Assembly: GCF_036321535.1 (NCBI RefSeq)
Contig: NC_087437.1
Coordinates: 103,294,001-103,358,000 of the forward strand
Length of the DNA: 64,000 nt
Direction of reading: 5' to 3'
DNA from: Camelus dromedarius
Taxonomy: Eukaryota
In this document: one piece after another, positions 13,888 through 25,885 of the stretch
Layout: each line of letters starts with the position of its first letter
Numbering within the stretch: position 1 is the stretch's first letter
The notes under the pieces: model-generated
What the model saw: the letters and a program-made list of their open reading frames with translations, nothing else
Databases searched by the model: none
Told to the model about the DNA's origin: nothing
Made by a program: the position numbers and the translations under genes

Positions 13888-14401
13888 TGACCAACATGAC
13901 CTTAATGTTCCCCTCAGTTTGACTGAACTTCAGACAGGTTTTCTTCCTGCCTATAAAGCTTCTGATCTACCTCTTCTTACAGCATTTACTTAAGGAAAAT
14001 TTTATTGTAATTCTGTCCCAACCCTTTTGAGATGTAAATCTTCTCCCAGCTTCTTGCCCAATTTACAGCCCAGGAATAATTTATTTCAAAGGCCCAGTAG
14101 CCATTTCTTTAAAATGTAATCATCAGGAAAGATAGTGTCCTTAACCATCAGTCTCTATGGGAAATTGGGAGCCAAACTTCCAACAGGAGACAATGAGCAA
14201 ACACAGATGCCCTAATCACACTGAGCCACATGTTCCCTAATTCCCCCCCAGTACTTTTCCACTAGTTTATGCCAGTGCTTAGAAACGTCTTTGCCTTCTG
14301 TTTCAGTAGAGCTGAGTTCAGTCTCTCTCCTGTATTGCAGTAGTCTTGAATGAAATCTTCCTTGCTTGTTTAAATCTGTCTGGTATAATTTTTCTTAGAC
14401 A
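13888..14401 (+). mobile_element. ERV1 solo LTR, MER31-like
   Basis: aatgttcccctcagtttgactgaacttcagacagg...gagatgtaaatcttctcccagc...gcaaacacagatgccctaatcaca...tttttcttagaca. TG..CA ends with ATTT on both sides (13884-13887, 14402-14405). Confidence 0.85.
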
Positions 14402-15699
14402 ATTTAAAAGAAATTGTGTAACTCTTTGCCTTGAAAAGGAAGCCTTAATCACCCTGACACTGGAAACTTCTAGGACAAGAGTTATAGGTTATTGTGAAAT
14501 TCATGATGCGATTCAACCACTGGTTAGTTTAGTCCGTTCACTGACCGTGCACCTCACATATCACTAGAGGAGACTTTGGCAGGAATGGGAATACAAGTGA
14601 AGCCTTACCAAACCTCTTTGCCTTATTTTAAGGCAACCACTAATAAAACTGCTTCATTCAGATGTGAAAAATGCAGGATAAATGCTGGGGAGAAAGGTGT
14701 AAACCAGAAGTAATCCAGGCAAACTTCCCGGAGTGAGAAAGAAATCTGGGAATGAGGCATAGTCTTTTACTTCCCAATTCTTAGAGAGTGAACAGCTAGC
14801 ACAGAACTCCAGCTTCTAGCACAAGATAGAAAAGGCCATTAGACACCAACAACTATATTGTATTAAGTCAGACTCAGAATCCTCCAAATTTTAGTACTTT
14901 TTCTGTGTTGGAGTGGAGGGTGATTGATGAGATGGGGCCAGTGGGGCTACCTTTGGAATTCATTGTTTCCTCAAACATCATAACAGAAATATATTTAAAA
15001 TTCATTTTCCTTTGTAGATTTTATCTATATTTCCATGGAGAAAGAGAAGAAAAGAGAGAAGACAAGGATCATTTTTATGTTCTTTTTTTCCAGCTGTCAC
15101 AGAATATATTACTGAAAAGTCAAAAGCATAAAAATACAAAATGAAAAAAAATGAAAGTGATTGAAAAGGCTTTATAAAATTCTTATGTATTTCATATGTA
15201 TTCAAAAATACTTTGTGGCATCTTTTACAATGCATATGTCTTACTTCATAGACCAAAGAAAGGCAGTCTGAATGTTTCTACTCACTCTCATTCTTTTCAA
15301 TCTGTTTTTTCATTGAATTCATGAATCACTGTCAGGTAGCCGAAGTTCTTTAAGTTACTTTATGTCAAGTTCCTCCTTGATTACTAATAAAATCATAAAA
15401 CAAATTCTACATAATTAGTAGAAGTTTTGGAGTTTTAAGCTAATTTCTTAGGTACTTGTAAATACATTGTGAATCTGTGGGGATTTGTTCAGTGGCCTTT
15501 TATGGGCAATCTCTTATGCTGTTCCTGAGATACAATTATGGAGTGTTCTGGTCTATTCCAACTAGGCAAGGCAGTAGTCTCCAAAATTGTCAGCATCGAG
15601 GAAACCAAAGAGCTTTTGTTTATGTAGTCTGTATCTCTGGATTTTTGCTATATTTGGCATTTGAAATGAGAAAACTTTAAAACACAAGACACATAAGCA

Positions 15700-15900
15700 C
15701 ACAATCTATGAATCTTCAAACGGATAACATCATCATGCCATGACTCTCAAGAAGACTACATGATATGTTTCTGAGAGACTAAGTGAAAAAAGGCAAACAA
15801 TATCTTAGTATTATTATGAAAATAGTTAGACTTGACCTCTTAGATGCCAAGGCAAGGGCGTTGGACCAACCAAGGTCCCCAGACCACACTTTGAGAACAT
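15700..15900. mobile_element. hAT-type non-autonomous DNA transposon end
   Basis: atcttagtattattatgaaaatagtt...ggtccccagaccacactttgagaac resembles the terminus of Charlie-group MITEs. Confidence 0.6.
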
Positions 15901-16874
15901 GTGCATCATACCACATGCCATGAGGCCACCGCATGCATGGTGGCTCCAGTCCTTCTGCTTGGCTGCCTCACAGTCTCCCTCCTCTTTAGCAGTGAGATAT
16001 TCTCCCACTTTCTCCCAATCATCTCTCAGGATCATCAACTTCACACTAGACAGCTTCTGCATCTCTTTCTCCACCAGGTCCATTGATATCTTTCCTATAG
16101 GCATATCCTCCCTTGGGTTTAAATGGGTGAGACCAGGCCATAGAATCTAAGAGCTTTCTGCTCACACCAACCTTCCAGCTCAGTTCACATACAGCAAAGC
16201 CTGGGATGAGAAACAACTCGGGTCTCAGCTAAAGGCAGAGCCAGAGGACCCTGAGCTCTGAGAAGGCTTCAGAAGCCACAGAGATGGCCGAGGCCAAGCT
16301 AGAGGATGAGGTTGGCTGCTTTGATGTGACCAAGTGAGAGAAGGCCACTGAGCCGGGTGTAGAGTTGATCAGGGCAGGGCAGTGTATGAGCCAGCTGAGA
16401 CCCGTCCAGAGGCTTCATGAATAATCAACAATGTGGAGAAGCACGGGTTGGCTACTTAATGCAGTTTATACAATGTAATTTCCTTTGTTTTAAAAACATC
16501 ATAAATGTTGATGAAATGCCCTTTCATTTCACATTTAAGCTATAAAATGTCACCACCATTTCCAGTTTATTAGATGATGTGTTTCTTTAAAACTTCTGGT
16601 TTCGCAAATACCATGCACTGTTGTTGCATAAGGTCAGAATTATTTTCTGCCTGTTTATATGCAGTTTGACAAACTAAATCAATTTTTGGTCTTTAGGAGA
16701 ACAGAGCCACAGCCTAATAGGTTAGGCTTTCTGTACATAACACTTCTTCATAACGGATCCTTCTACTGAGGGCTGTGATATGTATTAAAACATTTCCCAT
16801 CATGGGCTTTCGCACACAAGTTGGCACAGCATATGCTGATTAATCGCTAGACATCCTTGCCTATAATTCTGCAC

Positions 16875-16990
16875 TACCCACAAATGTTTATTGAACTTTT
16901 ATTATGCACAGATCACTGGACTGGATGCTAGGTGTAAAAAAAAACTATAAAATACAGCTTACTGCTCTAAATGAGAAAACACATATGCAG
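16875..16990 (-). mobile_element. LINE-2 3' end
   Basis: caaatgtttattgaacttttattatgcacagatcactggactggatgctagg is the antisense L2 tail. Confidence 0.6.
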
Positions 16991-17119
16991 TCTTTAACAC
17001 ATGTGGGTGATACAGAGTGGTTACAGTGATATAAGGTAGATGTTAAATGTCAGATGCTATCGACCAGAATATAGGAAGCTAGAGGAGGGATCTATGGTAG
17101 AAATCTGTTTTGTTTTTTT

Positions 17120-17585
17120 CCAGCTCAGTTTTCCTTTGGGAATGTACGTCTTGCCACCTGGGACCATGTGATTAAATAAGAACACAAAGAACCCCCAAGT
17201 CCAGTGGTTTCTAAGTGACTCCTGCCTGGTTAGTTACCATATCCTTCTCCCTAGCCACACAGCCTCCAGCTGGACCAATTAAAATCCGCTTCCTAATTTA
17301 CAAGGTAGATGGAATTATTTTTGTAGGGGTTATAGGCTGGTAGGATGAATTGTGGAGGCCTTTGTGCCTATCTTTGCCACTCAATTAAGAAGAGCCCTCT
17401 GAAAATAAAGTTAAGACTGATGAAAGCAGGATGGAGACGTGCAGAGAGAGGTATTCCCGGATCCAGCTATGCCAAGAGTTTCTTCCACTATTGGAATTCT
17501 TCAGGGACATCAACTGATAAATCCCTTTTATCCTAAAACCCATTTGAATTGGATTCAGAACACTATTCACTCAAAGAGTCTTGTT
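17120..17585 (+). mobile_element. Old ERVL-MaLR LTR (MLT1J/K-like)
   Basis: 3' portion ggatccagctatgcc...cttcagggacatcaactgataaatcccttttatcctaaaacccatttgaattggatt...caaagagtc. Confidence 0.6.
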
Positions 17586-18029
17586 CACAGAGGAGGAATA
17601 GTCACTTAGGGACTGACATGATCCAAGAGAGCTTCTTGGAGTGATTTGAATGGAATCATGAGTGTTTAAGACTCAATTAAGAGAAAATGATTAAAAAAGG
17701 ATATTTAAGATGGCAAATGCAGAGGGAAAAAATCCATAGTGGGAAGTTTTGAGTCCAATTTGGTATAATATAGGCTTCACAGAGGAAAAGAGATGCATTT
17801 TCACAAAGGGGAAAGGACTTGATTTAGCAGAGGAAGCAGTTAGTAGATGGCTTTAAGGGCACTCATAGCTCAACAATGGAATACAAAGCTGGAAGTAATG
17901 AAAGAAGCCTAAAATGGAGGAGAAATACATATATATATACGTATATATGTGTGTGTACATATGTATATGAAGACTTGGTTATTGTCCTACCACTGGATGT
18001 GTAAATTTGTACCAGTGATGGGCCACTTA

Positions 18030-19060
18030 TAGTCAATTGCATCCTCCTCCTGTCGTTATTGTTTTTGTTTCATATTTATTTTTGCAAAATAACACATTCA
18101 AGTGTATTTAAATAAATTAAATATTACTAGGCTTATAGCAAAAACTACTTTGTTTCTGCACATTCTATGTTTGTGTGTCTCCACCCCAGCCCTCTAGCAG
18201 TGGAAAAAAACACTTTCAAGTATTTCATCTCTTTTTCCATATAGTAGATCCATTTCTGAATAATGTGTTTATGCTGTCTCATCTCAAATTGTCAATTTCA
18301 GACCTCTGCTGTCTTCCCGTTAAGTTGTTTGAGGCTAGCTCCTTACCACCTGCTTCCACTTCTCCTCAGATAGAATTTTGAATTTTGGTCAAATTATGGG
18401 TCCTTATTTACTTGGACAATGTAAATATTTAGACTATGTCAATGCTGTTCCTCAATGAGTCACATAGGCCAATAATTATGATTCATTTTTTTCTAATCAA
18501 ATAGGTTTCTCTAATCTGTTTCTTCAAACCTGTCTAACACTTTTTAGGAATACCATTTTCCAAATGCTCAAATATTTCAGATAACGTATCAATTTCAATT
18601 TTCTTTCTTGATCCTTCTGGAGTCCTCCATCTTCTCTTTTCAATCTCAACTTCAAGCTCCCTGCCTTCAGTCCTGTTTTCAAGCTACCTGATGTCCACAA
18701 ATGTTGAAGCTCTTTGGGCTTTGATGGTATCGGTTCACTCTTAAGTTGTTCCTTCCCTTTCTCTGCTAAGGCAGCCAACTTCAGCAAACATGCTGAAATC
18801 CCGCTAGGATGTGTACATGTTGACTTTCACTTTTTTAAACCCTCTTTTCTATATTTCAGTACTGAATAGGAGAGGAGATCACTGCACGTGGTCAAACTGC
18901 CTTGATTGTCTGGAAATTCCCCCATTCACTTTCATCCCTTTTGTTCCTATCACTGAATCCCAATTTTATATTCCACATTCTTTTTGGAAAATGAAAAGAT
19001 GTTTTTTCAAATAATCTTTGAAACATTTTAAAAAATATTCTTTTTTTCTTTTAAAGTCAC
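18030..19060 (-). mobile_element. Ancient L1/HAL1-like remnant
   Basis: T/C-rich plus strand, with a K/E-rich degraded minus-strand frame (18524-18787) resembling old L1 5' region or HAL1 sequence. Confidence 0.35.
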
Positions 19061-19891
19061 TTCTTGATATTTAGTGCTATCCCCAAATGGACTAATTTTT
19101 GCCCCTTAAATTCACCACTTAGAATCCCCACAGTCCCTGCATTTCCTAAACTTTTATTAAGGACAGTAAACAACTCAGAAATGATTTTCAGATCCCCAGG
19201 CTTCTGCTAACAGATTTTAGTAATAATGTTCTTGACTTGCTTTATAGTCCCATATAAGGGTGCATCAATCACTTTGAAAACTGATTATAGAATGATGCCT
19301 ACACTATAAGAATCTCTTTAAAATCAGTGGCTTGCAAATATACACAGGTATCTTAATAAATTAAGAGGCATCTGCTCTTAGGAAATATTCACAGCAGAAG
19401 ACTGTAGCATATTGTAACTTTAACTGCTGCCAGGTTGAAACAGGAAAACTTGGGCAATAGTGGGTTCAAAAGCATTTTTGCAGTCTCCCTGATGGTTCCA
19501 CTCCACCAAATAGGTTCACCATTAGTCAGGCTGGGATGACAGCCCCAGTTCAAGACAATAGTTACTGATTTCATCCACAGACCTGCTATGGCCCAGAAAT
19601 GCAAGTTTTAGATGAATCCTTCCCTAATTTTTCCATTTCCTGCCCCCCCAATGAATTCAAAAAGAAAAATGAAAGAAAGAAATAACAAAAAACTCACATC
19701 TAATTTAAATAGGCAAAAAGTTTATAGAAGCGTAGCTTAGTTTTAGTTGCTAATGATTTTGCACGTCTTTATTAATGATACAGCTCTCAGTAACTTACTC
19801 TTAACTTTAAAGTATTTCATTTTTAAAAAAATTTTGAAGTCTTTCAAGTGCTTTTGACAATTACTTAAATTCTAGCTGGCTGTGCTCATTG

Positions 19892-20532
19892 TGTAATTGA
19901 GCAGGACCCTATGGGGCCTTCCCAGAACAGACTCCCTAATGTCCTCCACCTGCTTCTTGTTTGTAGAAAAGCTTCAGTCTCCCAGGCCTCCTCTGAGTCA
20001 CAAATGATTGGATGATTGTGAACATGTAGTGACAAGGGTAGCAGTTGGGCAGGAGAACTGGTAACAATTTCAACAACAGATCAGCCGTATAGTAGAGTCA
20101 CAGACTTTAGTTCCTCTCTGAAGGACATAGACATGTGTCTGACCCACATTCCTGAGTTGTTTTATTGATGCTAAAACCCCCACCAGATGGAAGAATCAAC
20201 TGCTTGATGACCATGTACACGTAACCGCAGATTGGCTGGAGCCTGAGGATTGATGATGTAAACCCCTATGACATCATCTAGTTATATCACCATCAATGAA
20301 ACAGGAAATTGTGCACCAGCTGATCATACACCTTGCAACTTTCTCCCTCACCTTGCCTTTAAAAACCCTTCCCTGAAGTCTGTCCATGAGTCTTGCAATC
20401 TTTTGAGCATTAACTACCCATTCTCCCTGCTTGGCCTCGCATAAACTCTGCACTTTCCTTCAGCACAACCTGGTGTCAGTAGATTGCCTTTACTATGCCA
20501 GGGTGAGAGGACCCAAGTGTGGTTTCCTAACA
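19892..20532 (+). mobile_element. ERV1-class solo LTR
   Basis: Starts TGTAATTGAGCAGGACCC and ends CCTAACA, flanked by attg/atta (imperfect 4-bp TSD). It has a TATA-like tttaaaaa and a degenerate poly(A) signal cataaa in the 3' third. Confidence 0.85.
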
Positions 20533-20577
20533 ATTAGCGTGCTATTATCAGGGACAGGCAGCAAAGAGGGAGAGATA

Positions 20578-21212
20578 CAACCAATCCTCATTATCCATAA
20601 AGTCTGTATTTTCAAATTTGCCTTCTTTCTAAAATTTATATGTAACCCCCAAAGTCATTCACAGACATGCCCAGAGCAGTACAAAAAAATTCGAGTTGCC
20701 CAGCATGTACCTTCCAAGCTGACATGGACAAAAGCCACGCTCTGACTTCTGGTTTCAGTTCTCATACTGTAAACTAAACAAGTGCCCTTTTTGAGGTCTA
20801 TTTAGTGCCACATTTTCTGCATCTTTTGTTTTTCATGTCACTGATTTCTTTGTTTAAAATTGCCTCCAAGTATGGTGTTGAAATGCTGTCTAATTTTCCT
20901 AAGTGCCAAAAGACGGGGCTGTGGCTTCCTGAGAAAATATGTGTGTTAGATAAGCTTTATTCAGGTCTGAGATATATGACTGTTGGCCATGAGTTCAATG
21001 CTAATGAATCAGCAATATATATTAAATAAAGTGTCTTTAAATGGAAACACACATAAACCAAGGTTATGTACAAGGGTGACGAAAATGTTGTGACAGAGTC
21101 TCCCAGCAACCTAACTCTGTATTTTCCCTAGGAGCAAAGTGCAGTGTTTGCTAAATCAGTGTTCATAGTAATTTCATAAAACATAACCACCAAAAATAAA
21201 GAGAATAGTCTG
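20578..21212 (+). mobile_element. MER82 (TcMar-Tigger) DNA transposon, near full length
   Basis: Starts TA|caaccaatcctcattat and ends aataaagagaatagtctg (degenerate TIRs). The internal frame 20805-21029 (EKICVLDKLYSG...VGHEFNANESAIYIK) is a remnant of the Tigger/CENP-B-type N-terminal HTH. Confidence 0.9.
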
Positions 21213-22516
21213 TTTTTACATATTGGATGCTTGTTCTAATTTGAAAAACTTGGGATGAAAGCTATGGTATGTAGATTTGCCATTTCAAGTCAAAGATGAA
21301 GAAATAGGTTGCCCTCAGGTAATATTATTATGCTAAGATTCAAGGTAATTAACTTAATTGTTCTATTTTCTTTATATTTGTTCACATTTATGGACCATAA
21401 AAAGGAAGGAATGACTCAAGTATTTTTTGTTAAATTAAAGCTTTATTTTATTCTTATTTATGGCATTAATGTAAGCACAATCTTATAAAATCACCTTCAT
21501 TAATTAACTTTAAAATTTTGTTTCTCCTGTTTCCATGGTCCTTATAAATATGGCAATATCTGAACTCTCAAACCCCAAACACCATGTTGTTTATCTGCTT
21601 CAGTGAAAAATTCTGAGTTACGTGTCTCATGAAACCAGCTCAACTTTATCACATTTCTGTCTTTTTCTTAAATGATTAAAAAAAATCTTAATTTTAAGTG
21701 TATACAATAACATATTGAATACAAAATATGCTATTAGTTGACTATACCCTCACAACCTGAATGCATTTCACTGTCATAATCCATCTGCAATATGCAAATG
21801 GTCATTTCAGTTAAAATAAGACAGGTTATATCTTCACATTTCACATTATTTTGCCAACTTCTGATATTTTTTCTAAAAAATTATAGATTCAGTAAAATAA
21901 ACTACAGGCTAACCTATAGATAATAAGTTGGTGATTCAGACAACCATCTGGAATTTTTTATATTTAACTATAAATATTCATGTACCTCACTTCAACACAT
22001 TCAAATCAGAGTCTCTCTTCTTTTAAAACTTTACATACAAATATTGATTAAATGACTCTTGCAAACTACACAGGCCTTAGAAAGTTAACCTCTCGGGTCC
22101 ATTATCAATCACTAAAGAAAGACTGACTCTATCTTGCCTCCCCATTTCTACTTTGGTTGCAAAATTATTTTTCTCCCCTTAAAAAATATTCCTGGTTGAT
22201 GAAGCAGAAACATTTCCTTACTTCCACCTCACTGGTGCTTCTTTTTTAGAGGTTGAAACACCTGCTAAGCATACATTATGTAAAGAACCTACCAATCATT
22301 TAGAATGAAAGTTTGAATATAAATGTCAGGCATTCTTGAAACCTGTTTCATAATGTGCTTATGTATCACTTTCATTGTTTTGCTCTTTTATTGGCATAGA
22401 AGCAGGCAGGTGTGTGTGTGCATGTGTGTGTAAATGAGCAGGAGGAAAAACTCATGATTAACATAAATAACTAAGGTTATTTAAATTAGCTCAGTTATTT
22501 ACCTGTGTTAACACTA

Positions 22517-23017
22517 CAGATCTTCCTCGACTTAGGATGGGGTTAAGTCCTGATAATTTAAATCCATCATAATTTAAAATTTTCAGTAAGTCAAAAATGC
22601 ATTTAATACACCAAAGTTACCCAACATAACCTACCTTCAACATGCTCAGAACACTTGCCCTAGCCTACAGTTGGGCAAAATCATCTAACACAAAGCCTAT
22701 TTTGTAATAAAATGTTGAATAGCTCATATCATTTATTGAATACTGTACTAAAAGTAAAAAACAGAGTGGTTGTATGGGTCCAGGATGGTTGTAAGTGTAG
22801 AGGCTGTGTACCCTTGTGATCACGTGGCTGAATGTGAGCTATGGCTACCTGGAGCTACCCAGCATCACCAGAGAGGAATTGGACCACATGTAGCTAACCT
22901 GGGAAGAGATCAAAAATCCAAGTTGAAATGTAGTTTCTACTTAATGCATGTTGCTTTTGCACCATTGTAAAATTAAAAAATATTTTTTTGAACCGTAGTT
23001 AAGTTTGGAACAGTCTA
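22517..23017 (+). mobile_element. Tigger5/MER47-family DNA transposon (Tigger5b-like)
   Basis: TA|cagatcttcctcgacttaggatggggtta...tagcctacagttgggcaaaatcatctaacacaaagcctatttt...aagtttggaacagtcta. Confidence 0.88.
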
Positions 23018-23539
23018 TGACAATAGTTCTACAAAAAAATGAAGCAATATGTTTCCCATCTTTCTGTTTCTGCTGCATTCTGTTTGCTTTGGGGTACCAG
23101 CATTTACATACCAATCCTCTTCAAGTTGCCTTTCCCTCTTACAACAGGAGGCTGAGAGCACTCTACACATACTAAGGACATGCAGATGTGTTCCATAAAT
23201 CAACTAAAATAGAAAGATGGGACTAAAAAGAAATAAAATGTAAAGAAAGTGAAATATGACCCATTGTCAAAAGCTTGTTAGTTCCTTATTTTATTTTAAT
23301 TTTGATTGTGAGATCAAAATTCTCCAGCTCTTTACAATTGATATTTATATATGCCCAGGTCTTTCTTATCTTCTCATTTTTTTCAAGTTAAACAAACTTG
23401 AGAGAAATGTATACATAAATATACATATATACATACATACTATCTCCATTCTAAATAAACCGTTTTAGTCTGGATTACATTCTCATCACTCTGCATTGAA
23501 AGTACTGTCATAATTGTTAGCAAACATTGGAGACAGAAT

Positions 23540-24220
23540 CCCAGTTTGATCCTTGCTAAAATCTTCCCTGAACACTCTTTTCCCTTGGCTTTTATGATAA
23601 CACATTTCTTCCTGTTTTCCTCCCACTTCCCCACCTTCTCTAATCCAGTCTCATTCATTTGTATGTAGACATCAACTATTTGTATTTCATAAGTGTGGCC
23701 TTTTAATTTGTTAATGATGTTCTATTTTCAAAGCAATTTTCCCATATCAACCGTCTCCTTTTCTTCCTCTACACTTGACTTCTAGCATTGACTTCTCTTC
23801 AAATATCTGTACTCATATGTTCAAATGCCCACTTCACATCCCCATGTGTTTTAAGCAAAGGCACCTTGAATTAAACTCACCCAGAAGTGACCCATCAAGT
23901 CTCATCTACAGATTGTCATAGTCCAGATTTTACGTTATCACTGATCTTCCAATGACCAACTTCAGAAAAGCTAGATTCTTCTAATTCTTCTAACTGTTCT
24001 CTTTCTTCCTCTTTATGAATTTGATTATCAAGCACTGTTTATTTTATTCATAAAATATCTTTAAAACATGTTAACTCTTCTCTATGTTTCACTCCTTTCC
24101 TGGTTCATACTATTGCAACTTCTTACTAGACTCCAGGAGTAATCCACTAACGAGCTTTCTCTGAATTCATTTCTGCTTCCTTCTTCCAAATTATTTTTCT
24201 ATGCTCTCATATGTTGTTAA
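23540..24220 (+). mobile_element. LINE-2 ORF2 3' fragments
   Basis: ccctgaacactctttttcccttggcttttatgataacac...gttttcctcc (the L2 RT segment that in the consensus encodes LSSLGFxDTTLSWFSS), followed by downstream L2 motifs. Confidence 0.65.
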
Positions 24221-24605
24221 TGTTTTACAGTGTGATGTCAAAGACAATGGACAGTAAGTTAAAGATGTAAAGTTGAGTATTGTTATCAGATTTATGCTAC
24301 AAAGATATTTAGTAAAGAGCCTAGGTTGAAGGAAGATCTGGGTTTAGGAGTGTCAAGATAATGTTAAAGCCTTGAGACGAGTGAATGTTAATAGAAATGA
24401 AAAGGAGAGTTAGGTAAGTAAATAATTGTCAGTGTGATGTTTAGTGGCTAATAAGGTATGGCAGTGAGTAGGAGAGCAGACTTTTGAGCAAGCGGAAAGA
24501 CCATTTATCTGTTGCAAGAGAAACTATTCCCAATTAGATGAAATGCATTGTTCTTTAGACATGTCTAAGAAAAGTACAGGTCTCTCTGTCATCAACCAGC
24601 CACTA

Positions 24606-24712
24606 TGTCTATGTGTGTGAGAGAGTGTGTAGGTGTGTGAAGGTATATATACATATATACACTACTCATACATACACACATACACACACACATGCATACA
24701 TATACACATATG
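24606..24712. repeat. Imperfect TG/TA/CA dinucleotide microsatellite
   Basis: Visible low-complexity run. Confidence 0.8.
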
Positions 24713-25699
24713 CCTAATACATAGATTATGGGAGGAAAACTTGTTTCTTTTGATTTTCTTCAGTGATCAAGTGCTTTCTAAGAATATATTGAATCTGGGA
24801 AATGTCGTACAGAAACAAATCAGAAATAATTTCTGAACAAATCGTTATCTAGAAAGCAGTCTCTTTCACAGGCTATGAACTGTAAAACATAACCAAAATT
24901 TACTAATTTCTCTATGCCGTTTTTGTCTGATGATAGCTGAAGTTACAAATAGTAAGTCAGAAATTGTGAGTTTATTTTCTACATTCAAACATTGCCAAGC
25001 CATCTGTAGTTAGTTGGCCCAAATTAGCCCTCTGAACATCCACATTTGTTAAAAAAGAAAAAAAGAATGTTTGATTCTCTTAATAAAACAAAATGAGAAT
25101 GAACTACAGTTCTATGACAAGCTAATTGTTAAGTTAAAGACTAAAAATCACAAACATGTTGATCCTTTTTGTAGTATTTTTATATTGTTACTACCTTAGC
25201 TAGTTCCTGCTGTTATAACATAGGAATTTAATACATTTTCTCAATTCCAATAATTATTTTAAATATTTTTTCTTGAGAGAAATTTAAGTGAAAAAGGAAA
25301 TAGATTTTTTTTATTATTTAACATGTATAGTTTCACCAGTTTTTTGACTCTAATTTTTTTGTATTTTTTTCTATTTACTAGAACTATGTATAATCTGTAG
25401 TCATCATAGGAGAAAATAGTTATGTTATTTTTATTTAGAAAATAATTATTTCCCAATAAACCAATGTACAAAATAATTGAGCATAATTTGAGCTAGACCA
25501 TAGTTTTTCTTAAATCCATAAAAAAATTATTGTAGCATAATGGAAAGGTGACTAAATCTGCCTTTTAGTTGTATAATTACTCTATTATATATTGTATATA
25601 AGTAGAAAGAAATCAGTTCAATTAAGATGGGTAGATTTTTTTCTATTTCCCTGTCTAAGCAATTGAGGAATTCCAAGACATAAAAGGCTAAAGGGTAAG

Positions 25700-25885
25700 A
25701 GCACAATTCATGGTGGAAGAGTCCTTTGATCTGAATTTCAACTCCTCCACTTTTAGGTAAATGATCATAGAAAGATTTCTTATTCATTCTAAATGTTAGA
25801 TTCTCCATGTCTAAATCAGAACTGAGTACAATGCTGTCACAAGGCTATTGAGAATTTAAATGAGACCTGGTATTCAATATTATTT
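25700..25885 (+). mobile_element. MIR SINE (diverged)
   Basis: gatctgaatttcaactcctccac...tcacaaggctattgagaatttaaatgaga. Confidence 0.55.

Noticed and set aside
16283..16336. Thymosin-beta-like peptide MAEAKLEDEVGCFDVTK
   Set aside because: The resemblance is superficial; it lacks the LKKTET motif and stops immediately.
20805..21029. Domesticated Tigger/CENP-B-like gene
   Set aside because: Only the short HTH remnant normally present inside MER82 is there; there is no DDE domain.
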